A DNA stretch of 64,000 bases. It comes from Antedon mediterranea. Taxonomy: Eukaryota > Animalia > Echinodermata. This document shows, one piece after another, positions 52,401-64,000 of the stretch (position 1 is the first letter of the stretch; each line of letters opens with the position of its first letter). Made by a program: the position numbers and the translations under genes. Under the pieces are notes generated by a model. That model was not told where the DNA came from. It saw only the letters and a list, made by a program, of their open reading frames with translations, and did not search any database. The DNA is taken from NCBI RefSeq assembly GCF_964355755.1, contig NC_092680.1, positions 19,539,045-19,603,044 on the forward strand, written 5' to 3'.

Positions 52401-55400
52401 GACTGGATGAGTTGAATGTTGAATACATCAGTTGTCTTGTTATGGTGTGTACATCTTGACTGGATGAGTTGAATGTTGAAAACATCAATTGTCTTGTTAT
52501 GGGATGTACATCTTGACTGGATGAGTTGAATGTTGAATACATCAGTTGTCTTGTTATGGGGTGTACATCTTGACTGGATGAGTTGAATGTTGAATACATC
52601 AGTTGTCTTGTTATGGGGTGTACATCTTGACTGGATGAGTTGAATGTTGAATACATCAGTTGTCTTGTTATGGGGTGTACATCTTGACTGGATGAGTTGA
52701 ATGTTGAATGCATCAATTGTCTTGTTATGGGGTGAACATCTTGACTGGATGAGTTGAATGTTGAATACATCAATTGTCTTGTTATGGGGTGTACATCTTG
52801 ACTGGATGAGTTGCATGTTGAATACATCAGTTGTCTTGTTATGGGGTGTACATCTTGACTGGATGAGTTGAATGTTGAATACATCAATTGTCTTGTTATG
52901 GGGTGTACATCTTGACTGGATGAGTTGAATGTTGAATACATCAGGTTGTCTTGTTATGGTGTATACATCTTTACTGAATGAGTTGAATGTTGAATACATC
53001 AATTGTCTTGTTATGGTGTGTACATCTTGACTGGATGAGTTGAATGTTGAATGCATCACTTGTCTTGTTATGGGATGACATCTTTACTGGATGAGTTGAA
53101 TGTTGAATACATCAGGTTGTCTTGTTATGGGGTGTACATCTTGACTGGATGAGTTGAATGTTGAATACATCAATTGTCTTGTTATAGGGTGTACATCTTG
53201 ACTGGATGAGTTGAATGTTGAATACATCAATTGTCTTGTTATGGGGTGTACATCTTGACTGGATGAGTTGAATGTTGAATACATCAATTGTCTTGTTATG
53301 GTGTATACATCTTGACTGGATGAGTTGAATGTTGAATACATCAATTGTCTTGTTATGGGATGTACATCTTGACTGGATGAGTTGAATGTTGAATACATCA
53401 GTTGTCTTGTTATGGGATGTACATCTTAACTGGATGAGTTGAATGTTGAATACATCACTTGTCTTGTCATGGGGTGTACATCTTTACTGGATGAGTTGAA
53501 TGTTGAATACATCAATTGTCTTGTTATGGGGTGTACATCTTGACTGGATGAGTTGAATGTTGAATACATCACTTGTCTTGTCATGGGGTGTACATCTTTA
53601 CTGGATGAGTTGAATGTTGAATACATCAATTGTCTTGTTATGGGGTGTACATCTTGACTGGATGAGTTGAATGTTGAATACATCACTTGTCTTGTTATGG
53701 GGTGTATATCTTGACTGGATGATTTGAATGTTGAATGCATCAGTTGTCTTGTTATGGGGTGTACATCTTGACTGGATGAGTTGAATGTTGAATGCATCAA
53801 TTGTCTTGTTATGGGGTGTACATCTTGACTGGATGAGTTGAATGTTGAATACATCAGTTGTCTTGTTATGGGATGTACATCTTGACTGGATGAGTTGAAT
53901 GCATCAATTGTCTTGTTATGGGTGTACATCTTGACTGGATGAGTTGAATGTTGAATACATCAATTGTCTTGTTATGGGATGTACATCTTAACTGGATGAG
54001 TTGCATGTTGAATACATCAGTTGTCTTGTTATGGGGTGTACATCTTGACTGGATGAGTTGAATGTTGAATACATCAATTGTCTTGTTATGGGTGTACATC
54101 TTGACTGGATGAGTTGAATGTTGAATACATCAGTTGTCTTGTTATGGTGTGTACATCTTGACTGGATGAGTTGAATGTTGAATACATCAATTGTCTTGTT
54201 ATGGGGTGTACATCTTGACTGGATGAGTTGAATGTTGAATACATCAGGTTGTCTTGTTATGGGGTGTACATCTTGACTGGATGAGTTGAATGTTGAATAC
54301 ATCAATTGTCTTGTTATGGTGTGTACATCTTGACTGGATGGGTTGAATGTTGAATACATCAGTTGTCTTGTTATGGTGTGTACATCTTGACTGGATGAGT
54401 TAAATGTTGAATACATCAGTTGTCTTGTTATGGTGTGTACATCTTGACTGGATGAGTTGAATGTTGAATACATCAATTGTCTTGTTATGGGGTGTACATC
54501 TTTACTGGATGAGTTGAATGTTGAATACATCAATTGTCTTGTTATGGGGTGTACATCTTTACTGGATGAGTTGAATGTTGGATACATCAGTTGTCTTGTT
54601 ATAGGTTGTACATCTTGACTGGATAAGTTGAATGTTGAATACATCAATTGTCTTGTTATTGGGTGTACATCTTTACTGGATGAGTTGAATGTTGAATACA
54701 TCAGTTGTCTTGTGATGGGGTGTACATCTTTACTGGATGAGTTGAATGTTGAATACATCAGTTGTCTTGTGATGGGGTGTACATCTTGACTGGATGAGTT
54801 GAATGTTGAATACATCAGTTGTCTTGTTATGGGGTGTACATCTTGAATGGATGAGTTGAATGTTGAATACATCAATTGTCTTGTTATGGGGTGTACATCT
54901 TGACTGGATGAGTTGAATGTTGAATACATCAATTGTTTTGTTATGGGGTGTACAGCTTGACTGGATGAGTTGAATGTTGGATACATCAATTGTCTTGTCA
55001 TGGGGTGTACATCTTTACTGGATGAGTTGAATGTTGAATACATCAGGTTGTCTTGTTATTGGGTGTACATCTTGACTGGATGAGTTGAATGTTGAATACA
55101 TCACTTGTCTTGTTATGGGGTTTACATCGTTACTGGATGAGTTGAATGTTGAATACATCATTTGTCTTGTTATGGGGTGTACATCTTGACTTGATGAGTT
55201 GAGTGTTGAATACATCAATTGTCTTGTTATAGGGTGTACATCTTGACTGGATGAGTTGAATGTTGAATACATCAATTGTCTTGTTATGGTGTGTACATCT
55301 TGACTGGATGAGTTGAATGTTGAATACATCTATTGTCTTGTTATAGGGTGTACATCGTGACTGGATGAGTTGAATGTTGAATACATCAATTGTCTTGTTA

Positions 55401-56127
55401 TGGTGTGTACATCTTGACTGGATGAGTTGAATGTTGAATACATCAATTGTCTTGTTATAGTGTGTACATCTTGACTGGATGAGTTAAATGTTGAATACAT
55501 CAGTTGTCTTGTTATGGGGTATACATCTTGACTGGATGAGTTAAATGTTGAATACATCAGTTGTATTGTTATGGGGTGTACATCTTGACTGGATGAGTTG
55601 AATGTTGAATACATCAATTGTCTTGTTATGGTTTGTATACATCTTGACTGGATGAGTTGAATGTTGAATACATCAATTGTCTTGTTATATGGTGTACATC
55701 TTGACTGGATGAGTTGAATGTTGAATACATCAATTGTCTTGTTATGGTGTGTACATCTTGACTGGATGAGTTGAATGTTGAATACATCAGTTGTCTTGTT
55801 ATGGGCAGGGTGTACTTCGTGACTGGATGAGTTGAATGTTGAATACATCAGTTGTCTTGTTATGGTGTATACATCTTTACTGGATGAGTTGAATGTTGAA
55901 TACATCAATTGTCTTGTTATGGAGTGTACATCTTGACTGGATGAGTTGAATGTTGAATACATCAATTGTCTTGTTATGGGGTGTACATCTTTACTGGATG
56001 AGTTGAATGTTGAATACATCAATTGTTTTTTTATTGGGTGTACATCTTGACTGGATGAGTTGAAGGTTGAATGCATCAGTTGTCTTGTTATGGGGTGTAC
56101 ATCTGACTGGATGAGTTGAATGCATCA
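37424..56127. repeat. 57-bp satellite array, about 18.7 kb (about 330 monomers), with higher-order repeats
   Basis: Consensus actggatgagttgaatgttgaatacatcaattgtcttgttatggggtgtacatcttg. Near-identical variant strings recur at offset 1153 bp (ORFs 39897 and 41050) and 2571 bp (ORFs 47670 and 50241). Confidence 0.98.
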
Positions 56128-56347
56128 TAGACTATCTGAAATAATAAAGATCTTGCCCAAAGGGTGTTAGTTACATAGATACATACTTGTTGGGGTGGGA
56201 GTGGGGAGTTTTTGGTAATGTACATGGACATTCTAAATAAATAGTAAAATAATTAAAATAGAGACCTTACAAATAAGAAAAAATGGTAGAATTTAACTGC
56301 GTGCATATTAAAACATTTATTTTAAAATATATTTGCACTTTGTTCAA

Positions 56348-57697
56348 TAAAATAGACACAGACAACAATTTAGATTAATTTATTTCAAAATAAATTTGTG
56401 ATCTTGTGAAAGAAATTGGGAAGAGTTTGATAAAATAAAGACACAGAAAACCATTTAAAATAATTTATTTCAAAATAAATTTGCGATCCTGTGAAAGAAA
56501 TTCAGAGTTTGATAAAAAAAAAGACACAGACAACCATTTAAAATAATTTATTTCAAAATTAATTTGCGATCCTGTGAAAGAAATTAGGTGAAGTTTGACT
56601 AAATAAAAGACACAGACAACCATATTAAAACATTTTATTCAAAAATAAACCCACGATCCCGTGAAAGAAATTAGGAAGTGTTTTATCAAATAAAAGACAG
56701 ACAACCATTTAAAATAATTTATTTCAAAATAAACCCGCGGTCCTGTGAAAGAAATTAGGTGGAGTTTAATGAAATAAAGACACAGACAACCATTTAAAAA
56801 ATATTTATTTAAAAAAAAAATGTTCGCGATCCTGTAAAAGAAATTGTTAAGAGTTTGATCAAATAAAATACACAGACAACCATTTATATATTTTTATTGC
56901 AAAATAAACCTGCGATCCTGTGAAAGAAATTATGAGTGTTTGAACAAATAAAAGACACAGACAACCATTTAAAATAATTTATTTCAAATAAACCCGTGAT
57001 CCTGTGAAAGAAATTAGGAAGTGGTTGATCAAATAAAAAACACAAGACAACCATTTAAAAATGTTTATTTCAAATAACTCCATGCTCCTGTGAAAAAAAT
57101 TAGGTGGAGTTTAATAAAATAAAGACACAGACAACCATTTAAAAATTTTTTTTTTTTTAAACCTGTTTGCGATCCTGTAAAAGAAATTGTTTAGAGTTTG
57201 ATCAAATAAAAGACACAGACAACCATTTAAATATTTTTATTGCAAAATAAACCTGAGATTCTGTGAAAGAAATTAGGAGTGTTTGAACAAATAAAAGACA
57301 CAGACAACCATTTAAAATAATTTATTTCAAATAAACCCGCGATCCTGTGAAAGAAATTAGGAAGTGTTTGATAAAATAAAAGACACAGACAACCATTTAA
57401 AATAATTTATTTCAAATAAAGAAATTGTGAAGAGTTTGATCAAATAAAAACACAGACAACCATTTAAATATTTTTATTTCAAAATAAACCCGCGATCCTG
57501 TGAAAGAAATTAGGAAGTGTTTGAACAAATAGACACAGACAACCATTTAGAATAATTTATTTCAAAATAAACATGCGATTCTGTGAAAGAAATTGGTTAG
57601 AGTTTGATAAAATAAAAGACACAGACAACCATTTAAAAAATATTTATTTAACAAAAAATGTTCTCAATCCTGTGAAAGAAATTAGGTGAAGTTTGAA
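56348..57697. repeat. About 85-bp tandem array, about 16 diverged copies
   Basis: Unit agacacagacaaccatttaaaataatttatttcaaataaacccgcgatcctgtgaaagaaattaggaagtgtttgataaaataaa (period 57296 to 57381). Confidence 0.92.
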
Positions 57698-58907
57698 GTT
57701 TCAATTTTAACCAATTTAGCTAGGGCTACATTTGAAACCGCGAAAATTATCGAATTTCAACAGACAATCCCTAACAGCTAGTTACAAAATCTTACTTGAT
57801 TCGATGCTTGGATGCTCGAAGCGATGTCTTGCTGTGTTAATAACCTACCTTTGTGATTCCATTTCCATAGGGTAAAAACCAGTGTGCAAGGGAATAAGGG
57901 GCAGGGGGTGGGGATGCACAACTGGGGTTGTATCATGCATTATCTAAGTGTTAGTTATAATCATCTTACAATTGTATAAATATACTATTTTAGTATGTCT
58001 TAAGTATAGTACTTACAATTGTAAAAACAAGGTGTTCATGATGGTGTTCCAATAAACATACACTTACAATTGTTCTATACTATGTTGAAAATGATGAATG
58101 TTTGTAACTTATTGTTTACTGACTTACAATTGTGTATAATGAGTGAAGCTGATGTTATATAAAAAATATCATAAATAATAATAAGTTTAATCATAAAATT
58201 ATGCATGAAAATAGAATTAAAATAAACATCAAAGACTAATACAGGTGACACAGGTGGTATCCTCAGCTCAATCTTTTGGTCTGTTAGTTACTGAAAACAA
58301 ATGCACTATAATACAAGAATATATAAACAAATGCACTATAATGCATATAATTATATTGTATAATATAAAATATGATAAATATTGTATGAATAATATAAAA
58401 AATGTTATATATTATAACATAATGTGAATATTATTATACAATACTATATTAACATGTACTGAATACAAACTTAAATAAATAAGTAAATTATGTATCAACA
58501 CTTAAAATATATAATCAAATAAATACTATAGATGCATATATTGCAAAATGAAACTTTAAAATAATATATTATTCTAACTGAATAACAAAGAAATTACATC
58601 TGTAACGTTTTTAAAAAATAAGTAACATTTCTAAACCTATCAATGCATGATACAACATTAGGCTACACATACAAATATATATGTTTATATTATAATAGAT
58701 TATATATAATATAATATATAATATTTGTGTGTGGAAGGGAGGAGGGATAAAGCAGGATAGCATCAACCTGTGAATAAACTTACTCTAATAGAGTTAGTAA
58801 TCTGTAAAGGAATAACCACAAATTAACACATAGATATGAATATTTACAATATCTATATGTTAGTTTTAAGGTGTTATTGGTTAGGTCTTACTTTGATGTC
58901 TTCATAC

Positions 58908-59041
58908 AAACATCTAGGCCGGAACACAAACAAATAACAACATCTAGGCCGGGAACAAACAAAAATAAAACATCTAGGCCGGAACACATAAAATAAACAT
59001 CTAGGCCGGAACATCACACAATTAAACATCTAGGCCGGAAC
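58908..59041. repeat. Five-copy minisatellite of about 29 bp, core aacatctaggccggaac
   Basis: Conserved 17-bp core separated by variable A/C-rich linkers. Confidence 0.85.
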
Positions 59042-59983
59042 GTGCAAAACGTCTTGACCGAAAAACATTTTTTCGTGAATAGTGTAAAAACTTTAGAAGC
59101 CGTGCAGTGCTGCAATGTCTTCACATGGTCGGAGAACAAAGAGACCACTGTAGGCCAACAAGAATTACCAAAAGCTTTTATTTTCATAACGCAATACCGT
59201 TGTTTAAATTTGAAGTTGGACCTGCAAAAAGAACATCAAAGAGTCATCAATCTAGGGCAAATAAATTTAACTTCCCAATCCTAGTGTAAACATTCTTAAA
59301 ATGTACACAATAAAAATAATAAAGGCAATATATAAAATAATAAAAGGCATGTGTTTAAAACATTCAATCACCGATTAAAGCAGAATTTTTGGGTTTTTTT
59401 TTTATAAATAAAATACCTAGGAACATCCTACAGCAAGCCCATGATGGTACCAAGGAGGGCGCACCATAAAAAAACAAATATTAGGACTACTGTAACTATG
59501 TATATCAGATATTCCAATAAAAACACAGTAGCAGCAAATATCTGTTAACTCAAAGAATTAGAACATTAAATAAACGCTAAACCCATTAATTTCAGAAACA
59601 AGTTCAATGGGGACAAATCTAGAAGTGTCCGATAAAACTAACCAGTAAGATGCTAAACTATCCACTAATAATTACAATCATGTCTTTTATACATCCATAA
59701 TTAAGACTCAATAAATAAAATTTGAATTATTAGCACTAGGTATTTAACAATAATTCAATACGACGTTAGATGGACAAGTATGTTTGTATGCTGAGCAGGG
59801 TCTGCGCATAGTTGAGGAAACACTTGAGCTCAGTTTACACTGAAGAAATCTGTCGAATTCGAGTGTTTTAATAACTAAATTATGTTACAAAATGTGTATA
59901 AAATACTATTTTTGTATTAAAGTTGCCAAAGGAAGCCAATTATGCTTAAATAGTGTATATTTTCGAACAAATATAACACCTAC

Positions 59984-60110
59984 CTATTGCTGTCTCTTTT
60001 TCGTCGGGCATTTTCTTCCAACCACCTCTTCGCCTTCTTCTTCCAAAATGGCCCAAGCTGGGCAACTAAGTATGTTAATTAGCAAATAGTGTGTGCTGAT
60101 TGGCTAATTT
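59984..60110 (-). promoter_or_regulatory. Probable promoter and first exon of a minus-strand transcription unit (MPDEKETAI, then donor)
   Basis: ATG at 60011-60009 followed by donor ATA G|gtaggt at 59984. YY1-like aaaatggc at 60045-60052, inverted CCAAT at 60099, CpG-richer patch. Confidence 0.45.
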
Positions 60111-60929
60111 AGTCGTCTGCAACACGCGCGTATTCTAAACCGGATCTAACCGGTGTTATACCAAAGAATATTCTTTGCATAAAGTTTGCTGTTGGATCTA
60201 ACTAACTTCACCCCTCACCGCTTCCCCACCCCGACCCCAATCTCTGTGATAGGGCCTGTTAGTCCATTTTTATTTTATTTTTTTATTTGCTTACACCGTA
60301 TGCAATTGAATTCAAGATAAGTAAAACAGCACCGACTCCATGTAACCAACCGTAGAAATACACACTGAATGCTTATTTCAATGTTTATTTTATTATTTTT
60401 CGGATGGGCATAGAGGGATGTGTCCATTTGTTAGAATATCGTAATTTACTACACCTACTAAGCCTATAGGTGATGTTTAATAATAATATTCTGTATACAT
60501 ATATTCGGCTTGTTGCAAAAAGCAATGTAAAAAATATTGATAATTGTATGAACTTTATAGATCCTTAATGGTGTAAATGTGATAATACTCAAGTATGTGG
60601 TCATACGAAGATTAGAGAAGATTAATAGTAATACTTGGTGATGATTTCATTTGTATCAGTCTAGTATTTAGAACATATGATAATACAGTAATACATTGTA
60701 TATTACGGCTATAAACATAGGCTGTACGTCCCATGTGAACTATGGCGGTTTTGTATGCGTGATGAATTTAATAATAATATATTATTGGTGATTACAAAAT
60801 AATGAAGAAAAACGTTTTTTATATTGTCAGTAGTAAAAGAGTGTCTTCTCTAGTATTGCCCAACATTTTCATACAGGCCTACACAAACATTAATTATATA
60901 CCACTGATAAAATGTATTGTTACTCCGGC

Positions 60930-61004
60930 CATGTAGGAATTATTTCTAAATAAATAAAAGTCATCCATGCTCCGTCTAATCCATGGAGGTATAAATCCTC
61001 CATG
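60930..61004. mobile_element. Two adjacent putative P-element footprints (60930-60969 and 60982-61004)
   Basis: catg...ccatg with flanks ctccggc and ctccgtc (6/7); catggaggtataaatcctccatg with flanks gtctaatc and agctaatc (6/8). Confidence 0.55.
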
Positions 61005-61559
61005 AGCTAATCTATGGACTAAGCAAAAACTTGCCAAAATAGAGGGCGCTAGACTTGTTTTAATGTTCATCAGAGGCAGCTCTATTGATATGTAAGTCGT
61101 AAATTTAAATACACAAAGCAATTAAACTGATTTTTTTGTTCTGCATTCTTTTAATAAATTGCACTATTACACCTTGGAATAATATCATTGTACTTTATTT
61201 CGTAGTCAATATTGAACGTGTAGGCCTACTTCTAATGCTGGCATTTAATTGGTTGAAAGTTGTCATGTTTTCTGATATTTTATTGGTTAGAGAGTGTAAG
61301 GTTCAAATCTGGCAAATAACTTCCCTTAAGGGCCTTAACATTAAATTGTGCTCATTTCGTAACATGCTTTTGACTTTTTTTTATACCATTTTTTTCCCAT
61401 CAAGATTTACACTTCTAAAAATGTGTTTCCCATTTCGCTTTTTTATTTTCAAATTGCCAAAGGGGGACATTTAATCATTCTGATCTTGCGTGAAAATAAT
61501 GTTCTTATGTACGTACTATAGACTCCGCTTATATTACCGCAAAGAATAAGTGTTTGGTT

Positions 61560-62010
61560 TACAGCCTACAAGCTTCTAATTAACACTAATAAAACACTTT
61601 TCACACTCACAATATAATAGATGAAATGAAAATAAACAAATCACAAGGACATTTTCACATTTATTTGAATAATGAAATTGAACGCAAGACTGAAAGTAGG
61701 CCTACATTTCTAGGCGTTATCATTCATGAAAACTTAACCTGGACAAGTCATCAAACAATTATCTTAATTAGTTTATATAATTAATTTTTTGTTATTCCTC
61801 ACTTGCGTTACTGTAATATCTTGGCGGCCGATTATGTTAACATTGACAAAATACTTTAAGTTACAAAAACGTGTAGTCAGAATTAATTGCTTTTCACATT
61901 ATTTGTCTCATTCAGAACCTCTATTTAAGAAGCTTGACCATTTAAACATTCAAGATCTTCATGCTATACAAATAAATATCTTTTATTTTAAAGTGTGTTA
62001 ATAATATAGG
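61560..62010 (+). mobile_element. Old 5'-truncated LINE remnant (end of RT)
   Basis: Frameshifted fragments read FLGVIIHENLTWTSH and LQKRVVRINCFSHYLSHSEPLFKKL, homologous to FLGLFLDETLSFNFH and LQKKALRNICHVHFMHPSHPLF in ORF2 at 21568. Confidence 0.75.
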
Positions 62011-62639
62011 CCTATATTGCCGACCCAAATTATGAACATTTTTTGTTGGTGACGACGTGATTAAATAGCCCATAACTCAAGAAAGAAAACGCAATAGGCC
62101 TACTCCTTTTGTCAGACTTGACAGAATTATGGATAAGACTGATCTTGTTTTAATGTATCAGTTTTTATCTTTTAAATGTTATTGCCATTCATTAATGATC
62201 AATACAAGAAAGGACTATTATATGGAAAATTAAAAGTTGTTTAGTATAGGTCAACCGTATGATGTTGTTTGCTTTTGATTATTATGTTTATTTAGGGATC
62301 TTATGAAACAGGTATGTTTAGTTCTTATTTGATTTCTAAAAAAAGGAGTCACATGAAAACGTTATGTTATTTTTGTTTTTTACGCTCGGCTGGTCACGAC
62401 TGTCTCTCTCTGTGCTGCAATATGGCTTCCGTAGCACGAAAATCGTCTATTGATTAAAAATAGGCTAGATATAAAACAAATTGTTTTTATAATTCTATGC
62501 TTGAAAACCCGTGAGTATATTTGATGAAGTATTGAAACAATTTTGCGTAATGTTAAGGGGTGGGGTTATAAGTACGAAACTCGCCTAACTAAGCTAGGCC
62601 CTAGCTAGCTAGACCTCACTAGCCTATCATCTATTTATT

Positions 62640-62810
62640 TAGCCGCCCAAGCAGCAGCAGGTGTCACAGTTGACATCATGATATCAAAACACGGAAGTAA
62701 GCGTATGCGTAAGCTGGAACAAGCCAGAGGCTATTGAATGTCATTAAATTAGGTGTTTGATCTCCTACTAGCCTACCTTTTAAAGGTTCTTTACTCATCT
62801 GGTATACATA
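62640..62810 (+). promoter_or_regulatory. Probable promoter of the gene at the right edge
   Basis: ETS-like cggaagt (62692) next to NRF1-like gcgtatgcgt (62701), with CTAG-rich tracts nearby. Confidence 0.4.
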
Positions 62811-62970
62811 TATGCCTAAATTATTATTTAGTAAATAATATATTTAGAAAATAACAATAATGTATTGCTATTGTTTGTTATATCTTTTTAATTAAAAATA
62901 TCTTTCTTGCAATGATTTTTTTTAGTTGGGCCTTAAATAAAATTAAAATTATTTTAATAATTAGGCCGGC

Positions 62971-62989
62971 CATGGAGTATTACTCCAAG
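62971..62989. mobile_element. Putative P-element excision footprint (19 bp)
   Basis: catggagta-t-tactccaag has 9-bp arms with one mismatch; flanks ggccggc and ggccgcc match 6/7. Confidence 0.55.
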
Positions 62990-63101
62990 GGCCGCCTAGG
63001 CTTAATTTATAATAATGAATCAAGGCCCCTCTCTGGATCCTAGGCCTATTTATGTCTTTATTTATGTCTTTATTTTACTGTTAACATAGGCCTTTCTAAT
63101 A

Positions 63102-63330
63102 TGCACTTGTCAATATTATGGCCCACTGTACGACCCCAGGAGAGGTGGTGCGTCATTTGTCCAATGTGACTCATACCTTATGAATACCATGATGCACCCG
63201 TGCATCAAAAAAGTGACTTACTTAAAATTACTATTAGGTGACCATGTTTTTATGTATGGTGGGCAGTAAAGTGACGGACATTGACACACCATTGTTCATT
63301 GATTGGATCATGTATATCTAGGTTGGTTTT
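63102..63330 (+). mobile_element. Diverged, truncated copy of the MITE at 4971-5308
   Basis: tgcacttgtcaat...cccactgtacgaccccaggagagg...gtaaagtgacggacattgacacacc aligns with 4971-5210; the right TIR is missing. Confidence 0.8.
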
Positions 63331-63494
63331 GTCAATTAAACAAATGATTTTCTTTTGAACTATTAACCAATTAGAACGTGTCTAACCTAATCAATTTCTC
63401 TTGGTTGTCTGTCTATTGATTTCTTACAGTTCAACAGTTATTTTCTAGGCTACCAGTACAGCATTCCGCATTGTGTTAAAACAAAGGATCAGAA

Positions 63495-63632
63495 ATGACA
63501 GAGTCAAGAGTGAATATGATGGCCAAGGCATACATTTTAGACAGACGGAGTGAATCTGTACCCAATGGTGGCTTCCATGATATGCAGTGCTATAATCATC
63601 AACCAGTTTTAATGCAGTCCAAAAGTGTCAAA
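63495..63632 (+). CDS. First coding exon of an unidentified gene that continues beyond the window
   Basis: Acceptor ttcttacag at 63421-63429, ATG at 63495, 46 open codons (MTESRVNMMAKAYILDRR...SKSVK), then donor gtatgt at 63633. Confidence 0.5.
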
Positions 63633-63686
63633 GTATGTACTTTTGTACTGATGAAATTGGTGCGTGGGGCAGTGTGTTAAGACATA

Positions 63687-63848
63687 AAGGTCTGTCTACA
63701 CTATCAAACTTTATGTGACAAAATATGTGATGTGCCCATACATGGACATGATAATGTCATATCACTACCATATTTGGGTATATCATTACCATATTTAGGC
63801 ACATCACACTTTTTTTGTCCAACTAGTTTGATAGTGTAGACAGAGATT
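63687..63848. mobile_element. Short MITE of about 160 bp
   Basis: Perfect 20-bp TIR tctgtctacactatcaaact (63691-63710) and agtttgatagtgtagacaga (63825-63844), with TAA/TTA-like flanks. Confidence 0.8.
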
Positions 63849-64000
63849 TAGACCAGAGGAGAGAGGAGAGAAATAGTAATGTTGATGTATTATTTATTTA
63901 TATTTATTCAACTTCTCAATAAGATCTTCATTAGTGAAGGATGGGACCAACAGGTGTTGAAAATAGTCCAGTCCCACAAAATGCCCAGTTATGAAAAATG

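Noticed and set aside
37424-56127. CRISPR array, or a giant repeat-protein gene from the many 100-579 aa ORFs
   Set aside because: Monomers are contiguous with no unique spacers, there are no cas genes and the context is eukaryotic. The ORFs arise because the unit is 57 bp and are broken by frequent frameshifts.
58908-59041. Mini CRISPR-like repeat-spacer pattern
   Set aside because: The core is only 17 bp, linkers are 10-13 bp low-complexity variants of each other, and there is no leader or cas gene.

Overview
AT-rich animal (invertebrate) genomic DNA with spliceosomal GT-AG introns; a deuterostome such as an echinoderm is my inference, not something the sequence proves. Genes assembled by hand from splice sites: a two-exon Patched-domain/PTCHD3-like RND protein (-, 141..3216); a 7-exon RBR E3 ligase RNF144 (+, 4832..10535); a 9-exon ribonucleotide reductase small subunit RRM2 (-, 13737..17085); a 5-exon IFI44-like P-loop GTPase with a C-terminal membrane anchor (-, 25825..27953); a decayed, apparently spliced coiled-coil unit on the minus strand (about 30.7-60.0 kb); and the first coding exon of an unknown gene near 63.5 kb. 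Mobile DNA: a LINE with two intact ORFs (CR1/L2/Crack group), a 1289-bp non-autonomous P-element-like transposon upstream of RRM2, Harbinger-type MITEs, a 5S-derived fragment and an old LINE remnant. About 24 kb is four adjacent unrelated tandem arrays (66, 75, 57 and about 85 bp units); the 18.7-kb 57-bp array has 1153-bp and 2571-bp higher-order repeats. The most unexpected signal is five 19-40 bp CATG...CATG inserts, each flanked by a 7-8 bp direct repeat, which look like P-element excision footprints. Also notable: the Patched-like protein has Asn at two of three conserved acidic transport residues, and TAGGCCTA/CTAG palindromic tracts mark promoter-proximal first introns. No CRISPR array or prokaryotic system is supported.
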